A stretch of DNA of 59,368 bases, from the IMG/VR virus record IMGVR_UViG_3300025150_000016, positions 1 through 59,368 of that record; one strand, written 5' to 3'. The stretch's first letter is position 1. Each line of letters opens with the position of its first letter. Below the pieces are notes generated by a model, which saw only the letters and a program-made list of their open reading frames with translations, was not told the origin of the DNA and made no database searches. Both the position numbers and the translations under genes were made by a program. The stretch is from a virus. Lineage: Duplodnaviria; Caudoviricetes. Of the stretch, positions 38,401 to 47,292 are shown piece by piece.

Positions 38401-41400
38401 ACCGGGGCCGAGCCAAACTCCCCCCGGACCTTGATGGACGTGGCCCCGGCAGGAGCCGCCGTGTGTGCCACAACCCGGAAACGGGCTTCGAGCACCCTGC
38501 CGCCCTGGTCGGTGAAGTTGAGGCCGTTGTCCGTGAAAGCCCCGAGCCAGGCGGCGAACTGCTCGCTGGCCTGCGTGACCCGTAGGAGGCCCTCCACCAC
38601 GTCGATGCTCGGCGGATCCTGACCCGGCTGGGTGAGAAGGGACCAACCGTCCTGGTTGGCGGGGTCCTGCAACCCGTTGATGCTCACCAGCGGGGTCCGA
38701 ACCAACTGCCGCCACTGTGGGTCTGCTACGACCCCCTCCCGGTACAGCAAGGTGGAAAACCGGATCTCCCGCTCGGTGTCGTTGATGACCACCTGGGCGT
38801 CCTGCACACCAGAACCCGTCTCGACCCGGAACTTCGCTGTCAGATCAAAGTTCGAGTCGGGGATGAACCACGGCTCGTTCCTAGCGTATCCGAAGGCAAA
38901 GTTGCGCCCGGGGTCACCTGAAGTTTGCTTCAGGAGAAGTGCATCTGCTGTGGAGTCGATCTCGGAGTACCCGAAGTTTTCGAGAAGCATCCAATCGTGG
39001 TTAGGATCCCGCTCGGGAACCTCGCTCATCTCGGCCTCGACCACAACCTCGTGACCGGCCACAACGGTCACGTCAGGGACGACGCCGTAGCGGAAGAAAG
39101 ACCAGGTGCTCTGGTTGGTCGCTTCCCGGCTCAAAGAGCCCCAAAACGCCTGGCCATTCTGTACCTCTTGGGGAGGGGGCAGGAGCAGGGAGGTCTGGGC
39201 GGGCTGCGGGAGCTTCGGGACCAAGGTCTCGTCGATGGTGGTGATGTTGGCCGTCGTGAGCCCCGAGGCAACGAGCGAGGCAGAGCGGCCGTCCGGGTCT
39301 ACCTCCAGTCGGTAGGTCGAGGCCGTGGCCGCCCAGGGAGTCTCGAAAAAGGCGGTCGGGAACTTGTTGCCGTAGGTATTCCAGTGGGCTGGAAAATCTG
39401 GCTCCACCGTGAGGGTCACGGTCCCGTCCGTCTGGAAAACCACGCTCGTGCAGGTGTATACCCCGTCCTGCGGGTGGCTCCCGTTGACCTGGAAACGGTC
39501 CCCCGCCACCAGGTCGGCCGGAACCTCGGACGCCAGGCAGGTGGCCGTGTTCTGGCTGGCGAGAGAAAGCTGGACCTTGGGGCCATAACGCCAGGAAGCC
39601 GGATCCCCGGGACGGGTGGCGTCGGTCAGGATTCCAACGTGTTGGACGCCGTTGATGAGCAGGCAACCCGCCAGGTACAGGTGGTGGCCATCGTGGATCC
39701 CCATCCCGACCCCGGTGAACACGCCATCCGAGGAGATGCTATCGAGGTCGAGGAACCACCGACCGACCATGTAGACCTTGGAGGGGGAGGTGAGGTCTAC
39801 GTCCCGCCAGTAGTAGGCCGCCTGCGGGTCATCCGGGTCGTAGGAGCCCGAGTTATCGTCCTTGAGCGTGTAGGTCCCTGCTGCCCCCTCCTCGGTGAAG
39901 TCCACTCCTCCCGTGTCCGTCCCCACCGCCTGCCAGAGGGGGTCGGCCGAGGTCGGCCGCACGAGACCCTCGAAGGCAACCGCCTCCCCCACAGGCCGCT
40001 GCTCGAAGCCCGGCTGGATGCTGCGGTTCGGATGCTGGTTGAGCAGGAGGGTCGTGGGTGAGTTCAAGAGCGAGGAGTAGCCCCGCTCGAAGCCCATGTA
40101 CCTGTGGCCGATGTGGAGCGGCTGCGGCCGGGTCATCGGCCCGAGCACGAGACCCATCGGATAACGGGACGTGTCGGGTGCCCCCTTCGGGAACCCCGGG
40201 TCGCCCAGGAAGTGGGGTCCAGGGGGCACCTGGTTCTGCTCGCCGTGAGCCGCCGGGTCGTGGTGGCCGTGGGTGCAGTCGTACTTGTTGAGCACCAGGC
40301 CCGGGAGGTTGAGTTCGGCGAACGGCATCGTCGGGGACGCCATCCAAGTGTAGTTGACCGACACGTCGGCCATGCCGATGGGCAGGAGCGGGACTGGGAT
40401 GACCGTCTGCACCTCGCCGAGGTACGGGTTCACGTCCGCAACTTCGACGGGTGTCCCCCCGACAAGCACCTCCACATCGTTCTTGGTTGCAGGTGTCCCG
40501 TCCCCCCAGTCCTTCACGAGGGGGCCTCGGGCGACCCGCACTTTGTCCTTGGTCAACGAGGCATCCCCAACGAAAGCGGGTCCCTCCTCGTCGTGCATGA
40601 AGTTCCAGGCCCCCGAGAAGACCGTGGATGTCGCCGTGGTGACCAGGCTGGAGATCTTGAGGTCGGTGATCTTCGGCAGGTCGGGACCCAAGCCGACGAC
40701 CAGGGTGTTGCCGCCGACCGGCTGCGTCGGTGGAACCAGGTTGGCCATCGCCGTGGAGAAAATGGGGGTCCCGTCGAATAGTGCTGTGACGATCCCCGCT
40801 TTCTGGTTGCGGATCAGCGTGATGGTGTGCTGTCCTGTCGTCCAGTCGTACTGGGTGAAGGACTGGGAGAATCCACCCAGACCCGTGGTGACCGCCAAAA
40901 GCGGTTGATTGGTAGTCCCGTCCCACCCGAGCCAGCAGCCAAGCTCAACGGTCCCGTCATCGACCAAAAGTTGGAGGATGCGCTCGAAATGGACCGTGGG
41001 CTTGATGAAGCTCCCTGTGGCGTCGAAGGTCAGGTCCGTTCGGAACGTGGCGCTACCACCGAGCTTGGCGGTCGGGTCGGTGAACACGTAGCCCACGCCG
41101 AGGGGGTCTACTCCTTCGAGGGTCACCAGCAGGGTGCTGCCGACGACCTTCTCGATCACAGTATTGCCCGCCCCTACGACCTTGAGGGCTCCGAACTCCT
41201 CCGGCGTCTGAGTGGCCAGATACTTGATGGCTGTCGCCGGGGCAATGAGCGGGGTGTAGGTGAGCTTCGTCTGGCCGAGGACGGTCAGGAGCGCTTTCTT
41301 GGCGCTTCCCTGGTAGGGGTGCTCCACGGTGGAGACCGTCATACCAATGGGGTAGTCCGGGCTCGACGTGAAGCTGTAGGAGGTTCCCGAGAGGATGGTG

Positions 41401-42428
41401 TCCACTGCCCCAGGGTGATAGTCGGCCGCCTGGAGCATGTTCTCGGAGAACTCGGCCAGGATGCGGCTCCCAGACTGAGGGGTCATGGAGAAGATGGGGG
41501 CTTCTCCTTTGGTGAGCAGGCTGACCGTCGCCCCGAGGATGGGGTTTCCGGCCACGTCCTTCATGCCCACAGCCTGAACCTGGTAGGTGCCGCCGAGGGT
41601 CGTGCCCGTGTGCGTGATGACGACGGATGTGACCCCTGCCGTGAAGTCCCCGCCCAAGATGTCCATCGGACCCACCTTCTCGATGGCCACTGCGGTGACC
41701 GAGGACGGTGCCCCGGTGACCGGGGTCAACGTGTAGGAAGCAGGGTCCAGCAGGGCTGGGTCGTTGGTGTCCATCTCCTCGGAGAAAAACACCTCGATCT
41801 GGTAGCCCGTAAGGCTGATGGCGGAGGTAAGGTGCGGCGGGTCCACCTCTGTGCCACCGAATCCTGCAAGGCCGTAGGGATCGCCACCATAGCCCCCCGA
41901 GACGTTCATCGGTGGGGCGGGGAACCAGCGGGCACCGTAGGAACCGAGACCGAAGCCCGTCCCGGTGTTGTCGTGGATGCCATAGCCCACGCCGCCGTAT
42001 CCCGCCCCCGCCGGGTGTGGAGGGCACGAGCCAACGGGGGCCGGGTAGCCCGAAGGAAGCTGGGCGTTGACCCAGGCGAGGCTCAGGTCTTCAGGGTTGA
42101 TGACCCCATCGTCGAAAGGTGCGGCCGAGTCGATGATGCCGAGGGCGATGAGCCCATCCCATTCGGCCTCGGTGACCGGCATGGTGGGGTCCACCAGAAC
42201 CGTCTGCTGCGACGGTGTGGGGTGGTACTTGTCCGGGTCCGGCTGAAGCCCGGCATCATGGTCGAGATGCGGCTCGCCGACGACCACGGAGATGGGACCA
42301 CCTGGGATGAGCACATGCAGATGTGCCCATGCCTGAAGGTCGGCATCCGTACCTTCGAACGGCCATGGTCCGAACCCCCACAGGCTCGTTCCGAAGCAGT
42401 CTTCAGGGTTGGTCGGCTGGTGAGCCAC
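35457..42428 (-). CDS. Very large virion protein (2323 aa) with Ig-like and lectin/LamG-like beta domains
   Basis: PPHLTSA...IEVFFSEEMD...DPASYTL and ILAEFSENM Ig-like repeats; DWTTGQHTITL / DWDDDEFHTYRL lectin-like motifs; YGGDPYG glycine-aromatic repeats. Confidence 0.72.
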   Translation of the reverse strand: MAHQPTNPEDCFGTSLWGFGPWPFEGTDADLQAWAHLHVLIPGGPISVVVGEPHLDHDAGLQPDPDKYHPTPSQQTVLVDPTMPVTEAEWDGLIALGIIDSAAPFDDGVINPEDLSLAWVNAQLPSGYPAPVGSCPPHPAGAGYGGVGYGIHDNTGTGFGLGSYGARWFPAPPMNVSGGYGGDPYGLAGFGGTEVDPPHLTSAISLTGYQIEVFFSEEMDTNDPALLDPASYTLTPVTGAPSSVTAVAIEKVGPMDILGGDFTAGVTSVVITHTGTTLGGTYQVQAVGMKDVAGNPILGATVSLLTKGEAPIFSMTPQSGSRILAEFSENMLQAADYHPGAVDTILSGTSYSFTSSPDYPIGMTVSTVEHPYQGSAKKALLTVLGQTKLTYTPLIAPATAIKYLATQTPEEFGALKVVGAGNTVIEKVVGSTLLVTLEGVDPLGVGYVFTDPTAKLGGSATFRTDLTFDATGSFIKPTVHFERILQLLVDDGTVELGCWLGWDGTTNQPLLAVTTGLGGFSQSFTQYDWTTGQHTITLIRNQKAGIVTALFDGTPIFSTAMANLVPPTQPVGGNTLVVGLGPDLPKITDLKISSLVTTATSTVFSGAWNFMHDEEGPAFVGDASLTKDKVRVARGPLVKDWGDGTPATKNDVEVLVGGTPVEVADVNPYLGEVQTVIPVPLLPIGMADVSVNYTWMASPTMPFAELNLPGLVLNKYDCTHGHHDPAAHGEQNQVPPGPHFLGDPGFPKGAPDTSRYPMGLVLGPMTRPQPLHIGHRYMGFERGYSSLLNSPTTLLLNQHPNRSIQPGFEQRPVGEAVAFEGLVRPTSADPLWQAVGTDTGGVDFTEEGAAGTYTLKDDNSGSYDPDDPQAAYYWRDVDLTSPSKVYMVGRWFLDLDSISSDGVFTGVGMGIHDGHHLYLAGCLLINGVQHVGILTDATRPGDPASWRYGPKVQLSLASQNTATCLASEVPADLVAGDRFQVNGSHPQDGVYTCTSVVFQTDGTVTLTVEPDFPAHWNTYGNKFPTAFFETPWAATASTYRLEVDPDGRSASLVASGLTTANITTIDETLVPKLPQPAQTSLLLPPPQEVQNGQAFWGSLSREATNQSTWSFFRYGVVPDVTVVAGHEVVVEAEMSEVPERDPNHDWMLLENFGYSEIDSTADALLLKQTSGDPGRNFAFGYARNEPWFIPDSNFDLTAKFRVETGSGVQDAQVVINDTEREIRFSTLLYREGVVADPQWRQLVRTPLVSINGLQDPANQDGWSLLTQPGQDPPSIDVVEGLLRVTQASEQFAAWLGAFTDNGLNFTDQGGRVLEARFRVVAHTAAPAGATSIKVRGEFGSAPVRMATAHLVTGGVRVESDETGTLVQQYAFDWDDDEFHTYRLVLDAENDAVLLYLDDTLQLPTMASSAFTGGSNNTNAVFGQFGNDLTGVMNPAITSTVEWHSVSFQGLPANACKRTLGVLRGSNPDSINDWELPRTDPSPAQNSRQNGPVIEEMDWREDIEVRIWRDPTWGVTVFRPDLPLPPYYQSEDPSTPGTGFATQITEPSAGWINVEYNHLPREEQPLGRVEFGSLRKENVTQQRWQRVRYRLFRSHTDNIRMPENMVLNRHNVITSGELTADVGHETVVVQTLDDRRVTLLPTHLYAESIWKVIDGSNIYTSEMFDFLPEGQLIALKPDDDGNPRCFGLKVQGTKGSFEAKSKVFTADEDITGVVAGDLLKIRFGKAEGSYLIEKVDTAAGKVWVTTAFPASPAGGDEEWSISQAKTPVTVVFVPGKPVTNTYLLNQPLLDGITRLNEGTPPVPKSQMAESERQEIWGSQINDPNDVLNVDPEFILNDPFRVVTFTNDPDSLYEGMEFMEVTEGEEGLLSFPCEATLLSDTPGFMEAGVGDKIYEVGGPGAPHGGAGANANLTETGDYVGAPTGAHLLWFSGTSFWEGAGAMVSTEDSRVVHTVEQGGGMPGKFFFASGGNYVGPVLSGGTITSVDNPLGGTLGPGTTIFYPTYPSLPPRLGGGKIYRQTEWFMRLREVLVDASACGQESQGGSVGAPNPEGSQGGSAGDDAVVGPIGDSQGGSIGDDLVPDPLGDSQGGGGCVGQMLDEEYSLDLADSVPPSEPHLWLVNPNGTPEVLGAAFAVMSGAGDYSRYGPWGGVDALSPKKDFGHLVFVQDPAPVGIEVVIEDPNSIQWVFTGVVIPATDQEWAVAPNGPESLAEVINNHPVVGQYVRASVFTNLLGERVVLVEAVEPVSPTHIIRLSSSDSLDLRVDRVSPTGVLQGGAKVRQSSLLAGGLATVQPVNFHDPFAGMVASGGSPLPQGVEQHLVLTAV

Positions 42429-42457
42429 AGGTCACGATACCTCGTGAGCCCGTCAAA

Positions 42458-45400
42458 CTACTTCGTGAACCACTGGGTTCCGTTCCAGTAGACCGTGACG
42501 GACTCGTACAGGATGGCGATGGGGGTGCTGGCTGCCCCGTCGATGTTGGAGCCGTTGCCGTCGAGATTGACCGGGTTGCCCCCCGCCTCCAACTTGACGG
42601 TGATGTTCGTCCCCACGGCAGGCTGAGGGTTCGGGAGGAACACGTCCCCACCGGAAGCCGTGGAATCCACACCGATGAGGGACTCGGTGGTGATGGTGTA
42701 GGTAAACGGCCCACCTCCAGGGATGACCCACTGGGCGTAGTCATCGACCGGGGCTCCACCGCCACCGCCGACTCCGGCGATGACCCCATGCACGGTCAGT
42801 TCGCCGTTTGCCGTGCATTCGAGGTCCACATACTCGGGGTACGTCCCCTTCGTGTACGTGGCCCCCACCGAGGGTCGAAGCTCGCCAAGGTCGTTGAAGA
42901 AGTCGTTCTCGGTCCCCGCCGAGATCTGCCCGGCCCCGAGGACCACCAGTTCGGAGTTGATGCCACGCTTGGATGCCGTCAGAAGCAGGTGACCGGCATC
43001 GTCGGAGGCGACGATCTCGCCCGCCAGGTCGTTGTTGATGGCGGCGATGATGGCAGCGAGGTTCATGCCGTTCGTGAGGTTCACGAACACCCCGCCCGTC
43101 GTGTGGGTCATGTCCGGGGTGGCCAGGTGAAGCTGCCCGTCCCGGTTCATCGGCCCCGTGGGATTCACCGACCGCAGAGTCGCCGGGGTTGCCGCAGAGG
43201 GGCGAACCAGACGCAGTCTGCCGTGGTCGATGCCTCCGTTGGCCGACCAGCCGGGAACAACCCACACAGACCCGGGCTCCCCGAGGCTCCCAACCCGCTG
43301 GATATCTCCAGCTTCGAGAAAGACAGGACCGCCCAGGGCGTCGCTGGCCCCGGCGTTGACCATGCGGCCTGCCGAGAGGATGAGACGACCGAACTCCCCA
43401 GAAGCGGAGTGAACCCCGCTCAAGGTCATGAGCCAGAGCGAGTACCCGGTGACGCCCCCAGGCGGGGCTCCGCCACCCGTGTGCCACCCCGCCCGGACGA
43501 ACCCCGCCGGAAGGGCTCGGGGGGGGTCGAAAATCTCGTTGTGCCAGACGTTCCGGCCCAGGTCGATCATCGGCCCGAGGCCGAAGGAATTGGCCTGAAG
43601 GAAGATCTCGGACCCGAGCCCATCCCCCTGGATAGGGCCGATGTCGATGACGCTGCTGACCTGAAGCCCCCCAGGGAGGGTGGGGTCGATGTTGGGAGTG
43701 CCAGGGGAGGGGTCGCCGAAAATCTGGACCGCACCAGGGCTAGCATTAATGGCCCGACCCAATCCCGCCCCGACCGTGAACGGGTTGTAGCTGGAGAGCC
43801 CGTTGTAGGCGGCGTTGAGGGTCAAACCTCCCGGGTACGGACCAACCCCCAGAGCCGAGCCCAACGGGTTGGTGATGTTCGCCAGGAGGTCGAGGACATC
43901 CTGCACGTTCCGGTAAGGGAACTTGGAGTTGCCCGGGACTGTCTCGGGACCAGCGGGCTGATCCTCGGGGAGTCGCCAGTTGGTGTGGTAAAGCAGGGTG
44001 CGGGCAGTGAGATCTCCCGAGATCTCGGTGAGCGCACCTTCGGGGGTCCTCAGCCAGGAATCCTGGCTCGCTGGGTCATCCCCGGTGACCACCCCGCCCG
44101 TTCGCAGGATGGTGTCCCCCGCCACGAAGTTCCGGTGGATGATGACCCGCCCTACCCGGCAGAAAGCGAGCACCACTACGAGGTCGCCCGGCAAAGAGCC
44201 GGGCACAGCCCCGAACCCGTCGATGACGATGTTCTTGTCTGGGGAGTTCGAGTTCACACTGCTCTGGCGGGACTCGAAACCCCCACCTGCCCGGATCCCG
44301 TAGCCGTCCTCCGCCACCACCTCCGTCCCGTCTAGCTCGGCTTCGACGGACCCATAAAGCGACGGATTGAGGGCCAGGCAGGACCGGCCCTCAAGGATGC
44401 TGCTTCTGAGGTACAACTCGCCCGGCGAGTCGAACACCAGAGCATAACGGTCGTCGTCTGCCGTCGCCTCGGAGGACAGCCAGGAGTTGTACAGATGGAG
44501 ATCTGCAACCGCCCCCGGAGCGGTTATCTCCGTGAGAATGCAGGGTCCCTGTCCAGCCCCGTTGGCCTGCTGAAGAACCTTGCACCGGATCATCGTGAGG
44601 ACGCCCCGGCGGTGTCGCAGGACCGGCTCGGCCGTTACGGCCGTGTTCACCAGGGTCAGGTTGACCAGGTTGACCTCGTCCCCGTCTCCAGAGGGCTCGA
44701 AGGCGTGCGTGTTGCCACCAGCGTTGGCCGCCCGGATGACCACAGGCCCGGGGCCATCATCGGACACGTCCGGCTCGACCAGCGGGGCGTCGCCGATGAT
44801 GTGGACATTCGCCTGGAGGTTCAGGTCTTCAACGTAGAGCCCCGGCTTCACGTAGATGATATAGGGGCTCGTGGTGCTGGGAGCGGGCTCGCCTCGGGCG
44901 GCGGCGGCCATGGCGTAGGAGATGGCCTCGTTGATGGTCGAGAAGTCTCCATGCCCCTCGGCCGTGAACGTGACCTCATCCTCGGTCGCTGCGGGGTCGG
45001 CCCCCGGAAGCTCATAGGTGACGGCCGGGTCGTTGGCGTTGTCGCCATCATCCCTGCCCCGGTTGGCGTCCACCCAGAAGATCCGGCCGCTCGTCGCCTG
45101 GCGGCGAACCTGGGCCAAAAGAAGCTGGAGGTTCTGGTTCTGGTCGTTCGACCACCCCTCGGGGGTGGCATCGACCGGGATGACCCCATTCTCGTCCCGC
45201 CTCTCGCCCGCCGCCACGAGGTTGAGGTTGCCGAACCGGGTCTTGAACCGGAGCCTGACGAAGGTGGTGCTCTCCGTTGGGAGCCCTGCATCCACCACCA
45301 GGCGGATGAGGTAGGCCCCCTCGAAGTCCACGTTGAACTTGGCCGTCGAAGAGGTGGAGCCCTCGGGGGCCAGAAGGCCAGCAGTCGAGTCCGTCCGGTT

Positions 45401-45574
45401 GGGGGACTCCGGCTTGAAAACGATGGACCAGGCGTAGGTGGAGTGGACGTTGACCGACTCCAACACCACCTGGTAGCCCTTGTGGAGGTCGTTTCGGCTC
45501 TGGTCCACCAGAACCGGACCGACCACCGGGCCGCCGGGTGAAGAATGGAGCGTTGTTCGGATGCTGGCGGGCAT
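42458..45574 (-). CDS. Virion protein with N-terminal PKD/Ig-like and pectin-lyase-like domains
   Basis: YAWSIVFKP...FEGAYLIRLVVD; GDFSTINEAI...IYVKPGLYVEDL; ATG 45574 with GAGGAG. Confidence 0.7.
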   Translation of the reverse strand: MPASIRTTLHSSPGGPVVGPVLVDQSRNDLHKGYQVVLESVNVHSTYAWSIVFKPESPNRTDSTAGLLAPEGSTSSTAKFNVDFEGAYLIRLVVDAGLPTESTTFVRLRFKTRFGNLNLVAAGERRDENGVIPVDATPEGWSNDQNQNLQLLLAQVRRQATSGRIFWVDANRGRDDGDNANDPAVTYELPGADPAATEDEVTFTAEGHGDFSTINEAISYAMAAAARGEPAPSTTSPYIIYVKPGLYVEDLNLQANVHIIGDAPLVEPDVSDDGPGPVVIRAANAGGNTHAFEPSGDGDEVNLVNLTLVNTAVTAEPVLRHRRGVLTMIRCKVLQQANGAGQGPCILTEITAPGAVADLHLYNSWLSSEATADDDRYALVFDSPGELYLRSSILEGRSCLALNPSLYGSVEAELDGTEVVAEDGYGIRAGGGFESRQSSVNSNSPDKNIVIDGFGAVPGSLPGDLVVVLAFCRVGRVIIHRNFVAGDTILRTGGVVTGDDPASQDSWLRTPEGALTEISGDLTARTLLYHTNWRLPEDQPAGPETVPGNSKFPYRNVQDVLDLLANITNPLGSALGVGPYPGGLTLNAAYNGLSSYNPFTVGAGLGRAINASPGAVQIFGDPSPGTPNIDPTLPGGLQVSSVIDIGPIQGDGLGSEIFLQANSFGLGPMIDLGRNVWHNEIFDPPRALPAGFVRAGWHTGGGAPPGGVTGYSLWLMTLSGVHSASGEFGRLILSAGRMVNAGASDALGGPVFLEAGDIQRVGSLGEPGSVWVVPGWSANGGIDHGRLRLVRPSAATPATLRSVNPTGPMNRDGQLHLATPDMTHTTGGVFVNLTNGMNLAAIIAAINNDLAGEIVASDDAGHLLLTASKRGINSELVVLGAGQISAGTENDFFNDLGELRPSVGATYTKGTYPEYVDLECTANGELTVHGVIAGVGGGGGAPVDDYAQWVIPGGGPFTYTITTESLIGVDSTASGGDVFLPNPQPAVGTNITVKLEAGGNPVNLDGNGSNIDGAASTPIAILYESVTVYWNGTQWFTK

Positions 45575-45617
45575 TAGCACTCCTCGGGGTCAGATCGGCC
45601 CTTCACCTTCCGGGGGC

Positions 45618-45634
45618 CAATAGGCAAACTACAG
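45618..45634 (-). promoter_or_regulatory. Putative late promoter CTGT-N5-GCCTATTG
   Basis: Recurrent motif overlapping the stop of the gpI-like gene. Confidence 0.5.
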
Positions 45635-46996
45635 AAGGAAGAACAGGGACACGTCTTCCCCCGACACCTCCCTTGGGACCTGCTTTCCCAGCCGGTCCAC
45701 GGTCACCTCGAACTCCTGGCCGGTCGCCTCCTGTCGCATCCGGCGCTCCAGCCGGAGCAGGCTGGGGGCCACACGGACCCGGGACCCGCTGACCCCGGTC
45801 TCCCCCACTGGACCACCCGTAGAGCCACGTACCGTCTTCAGGAGGTAGGTTCCGGCGTTTGGACCCTCGGTGAGGGTGAGGATCTCCCCTTCGGGAACCG
45901 TACCAAAGTCCACACCAGAGGAGGTGGCGTCGATGGTGTCCGCCTCCACGGTTGCCTCCCCCGTGAGGCCGCTCGCCGTCGTGAAGGCCCTCGGGACCGT
46001 GTCGTCCCCCACAGGGAAGTAGAGCACCTCCTTGACCCGGTAGCGGCCGATGTGGCGCTGGTCCGTCGAGGCTGTTGTCCCTTCCTGGCCGCCAGCGTGG
46101 ATGCTGTTTGGCCCTGAGAGGACCACGAGGTCGGAGCCGGGCCGGATGAACGTGAAGTCCCGGTTGGAATCCCGAAACAGCGTCCGGTCGGTCAGGGTCT
46201 CACCACTGTCCCCCGTGACGCTCCTGGCCCCGCAGCAGAAGGCCCGGAAGTCCTCGTAATAGTAGTTCTTCCAGTCGAAGGACATGGCGTCCGAGAAAAA
46301 CTGGCCGAAGACCTCCTTGAACAGGTGGCGGTAGTCGTACAGGGTGTGGGCGGGCTTGAGTGCCCGGAGCACGATGCGAACGTTCTCCTGAAGGATGAAC
46401 GGGTCCTCGGGGAAGCGCTGAAGACCCGAGGACCCGTCCGTCTCGGAGACGTTGATCTCGAAGGTGAACTGGTCGTCGAACAGCCAGGCCGTCCCCGGCG
46501 TCTGGCGACCGAGTACGGACCTCTCCAGCACCTCGAACGTGGCCGTGGAGAGCAGTTCGAGGCCCTCTTGGATGGTCTTCTTGGTGGCACCCTGAAGGAG
46601 AAGCTCGACCATCCGACGAAGGAAGTCCCGGTAGGTGAGGTCACCCTTGAGCACCGGGTAGCCGTCGTCGGTGGCGTCGGGGAAGACCAGGAGCCCGAGC
46701 ATCTGGAACATGAACTCGGGACGGAGGTACTCGTAGGCCCCGTCGGCGAACGCCTCCTGGGCGGTGATCTGGATCTCGGCGATCTGCTCGGCCGCTGCCT
46801 GGAATCGCAAGGTGTAGAAGGGACCGGGGACTTGGGAGACGTAGTTCGAGGGGAGAAGCTGGAGGAACACATCCATGATGCGGTCCACCTGCACCTGCTT
46901 CCTCGTCTGCCGATCCTGGGACGGATGCCCCACCGCCGACGGGTTTTGGGAAAGGAGCCCGGGGAGGAGGTTCTTGGGCGATGGGCGGTCAGCCAC
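45629..46996 (-). CDS. Baseplate wedge protein, P2 gpI / DUF2313-like
   Basis: LLPSNY, YRDFLRRM...GAT and LKPAHT motifs; follows the baseplate J-like gene. Confidence 0.72.
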   Translation of the reverse strand: MADRPSPKNLLPGLLSQNPSAVGHPSQDRQTRKQVQVDRIMDVFLQLLPSNYVSQVPGPFYTLRFQAAAEQIAEIQITAQEAFADGAYEYLRPEFMFQMLGLLVFPDATDDGYPVLKGDLTYRDFLRRMVELLLQGATKKTIQEGLELLSTATFEVLERSVLGRQTPGTAWLFDDQFTFEINVSETDGSSGLQRFPEDPFILQENVRIVLRALKPAHTLYDYRHLFKEVFGQFFSDAMSFDWKNYYYEDFRAFCCGARSVTGDSGETLTDRTLFRDSNRDFTFIRPGSDLVVLSGPNSIHAGGQEGTTASTDQRHIGRYRVKEVLYFPVGDDTVPRAFTTASGLTGEATVEADTIDATSSGVDFGTVPEGEILTLTEGPNAGTYLLKTVRGSTGGPVGETGVSGSRVRVAPSLLRLERRMRQEATGQEFEVTVDRLGKQVPREVSGEDVSLFFLL

Positions 46997-47004
46997 GGTT
47001 CACC

Positions 47005-47289
47005 TCACCAAGACCCCATGAAAGACCCGACCTTCAGCAGGCTGGCGACCGTCTCCTTGTTCATGTGCTGGGAGCACAGCGCCCAGTAGAAGTAGGGTCC
47101 CGCTTCTGCCGCCCGGTTCGTGTCGAAGTCACAGCCCTCCACGTCGCACTCCCGAGCCTCTTCCGGGGTGTCGTGGTGGCACTGATGGTCGGCGCACTTG
47201 CCAACTGCCCATGTTCCCGTGCGGCGGTTATGACAGGTGAAGTCCCACTTCTGGTCGGACTGCCGCTGCCTGGCGTCGTAGTAGTTCAT
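47005..47289 (-). CDS. Small Cys/His-rich hypothetical protein inserted between baseplate genes
   Basis: Fills the gap exactly; RBS GGAGGT; six Cys and four His. Confidence 0.72.
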   Translation of the reverse strand: MNYYDARQRQSDQKWDFTCHNRRTGTWAVGKCADHQCHHDTPEEARECDVEGCDFDTNRAAEAGPYFYWALCSQHMNKETVASLLKVGSFMGSW

Positions 47290-47292
47290 GGT

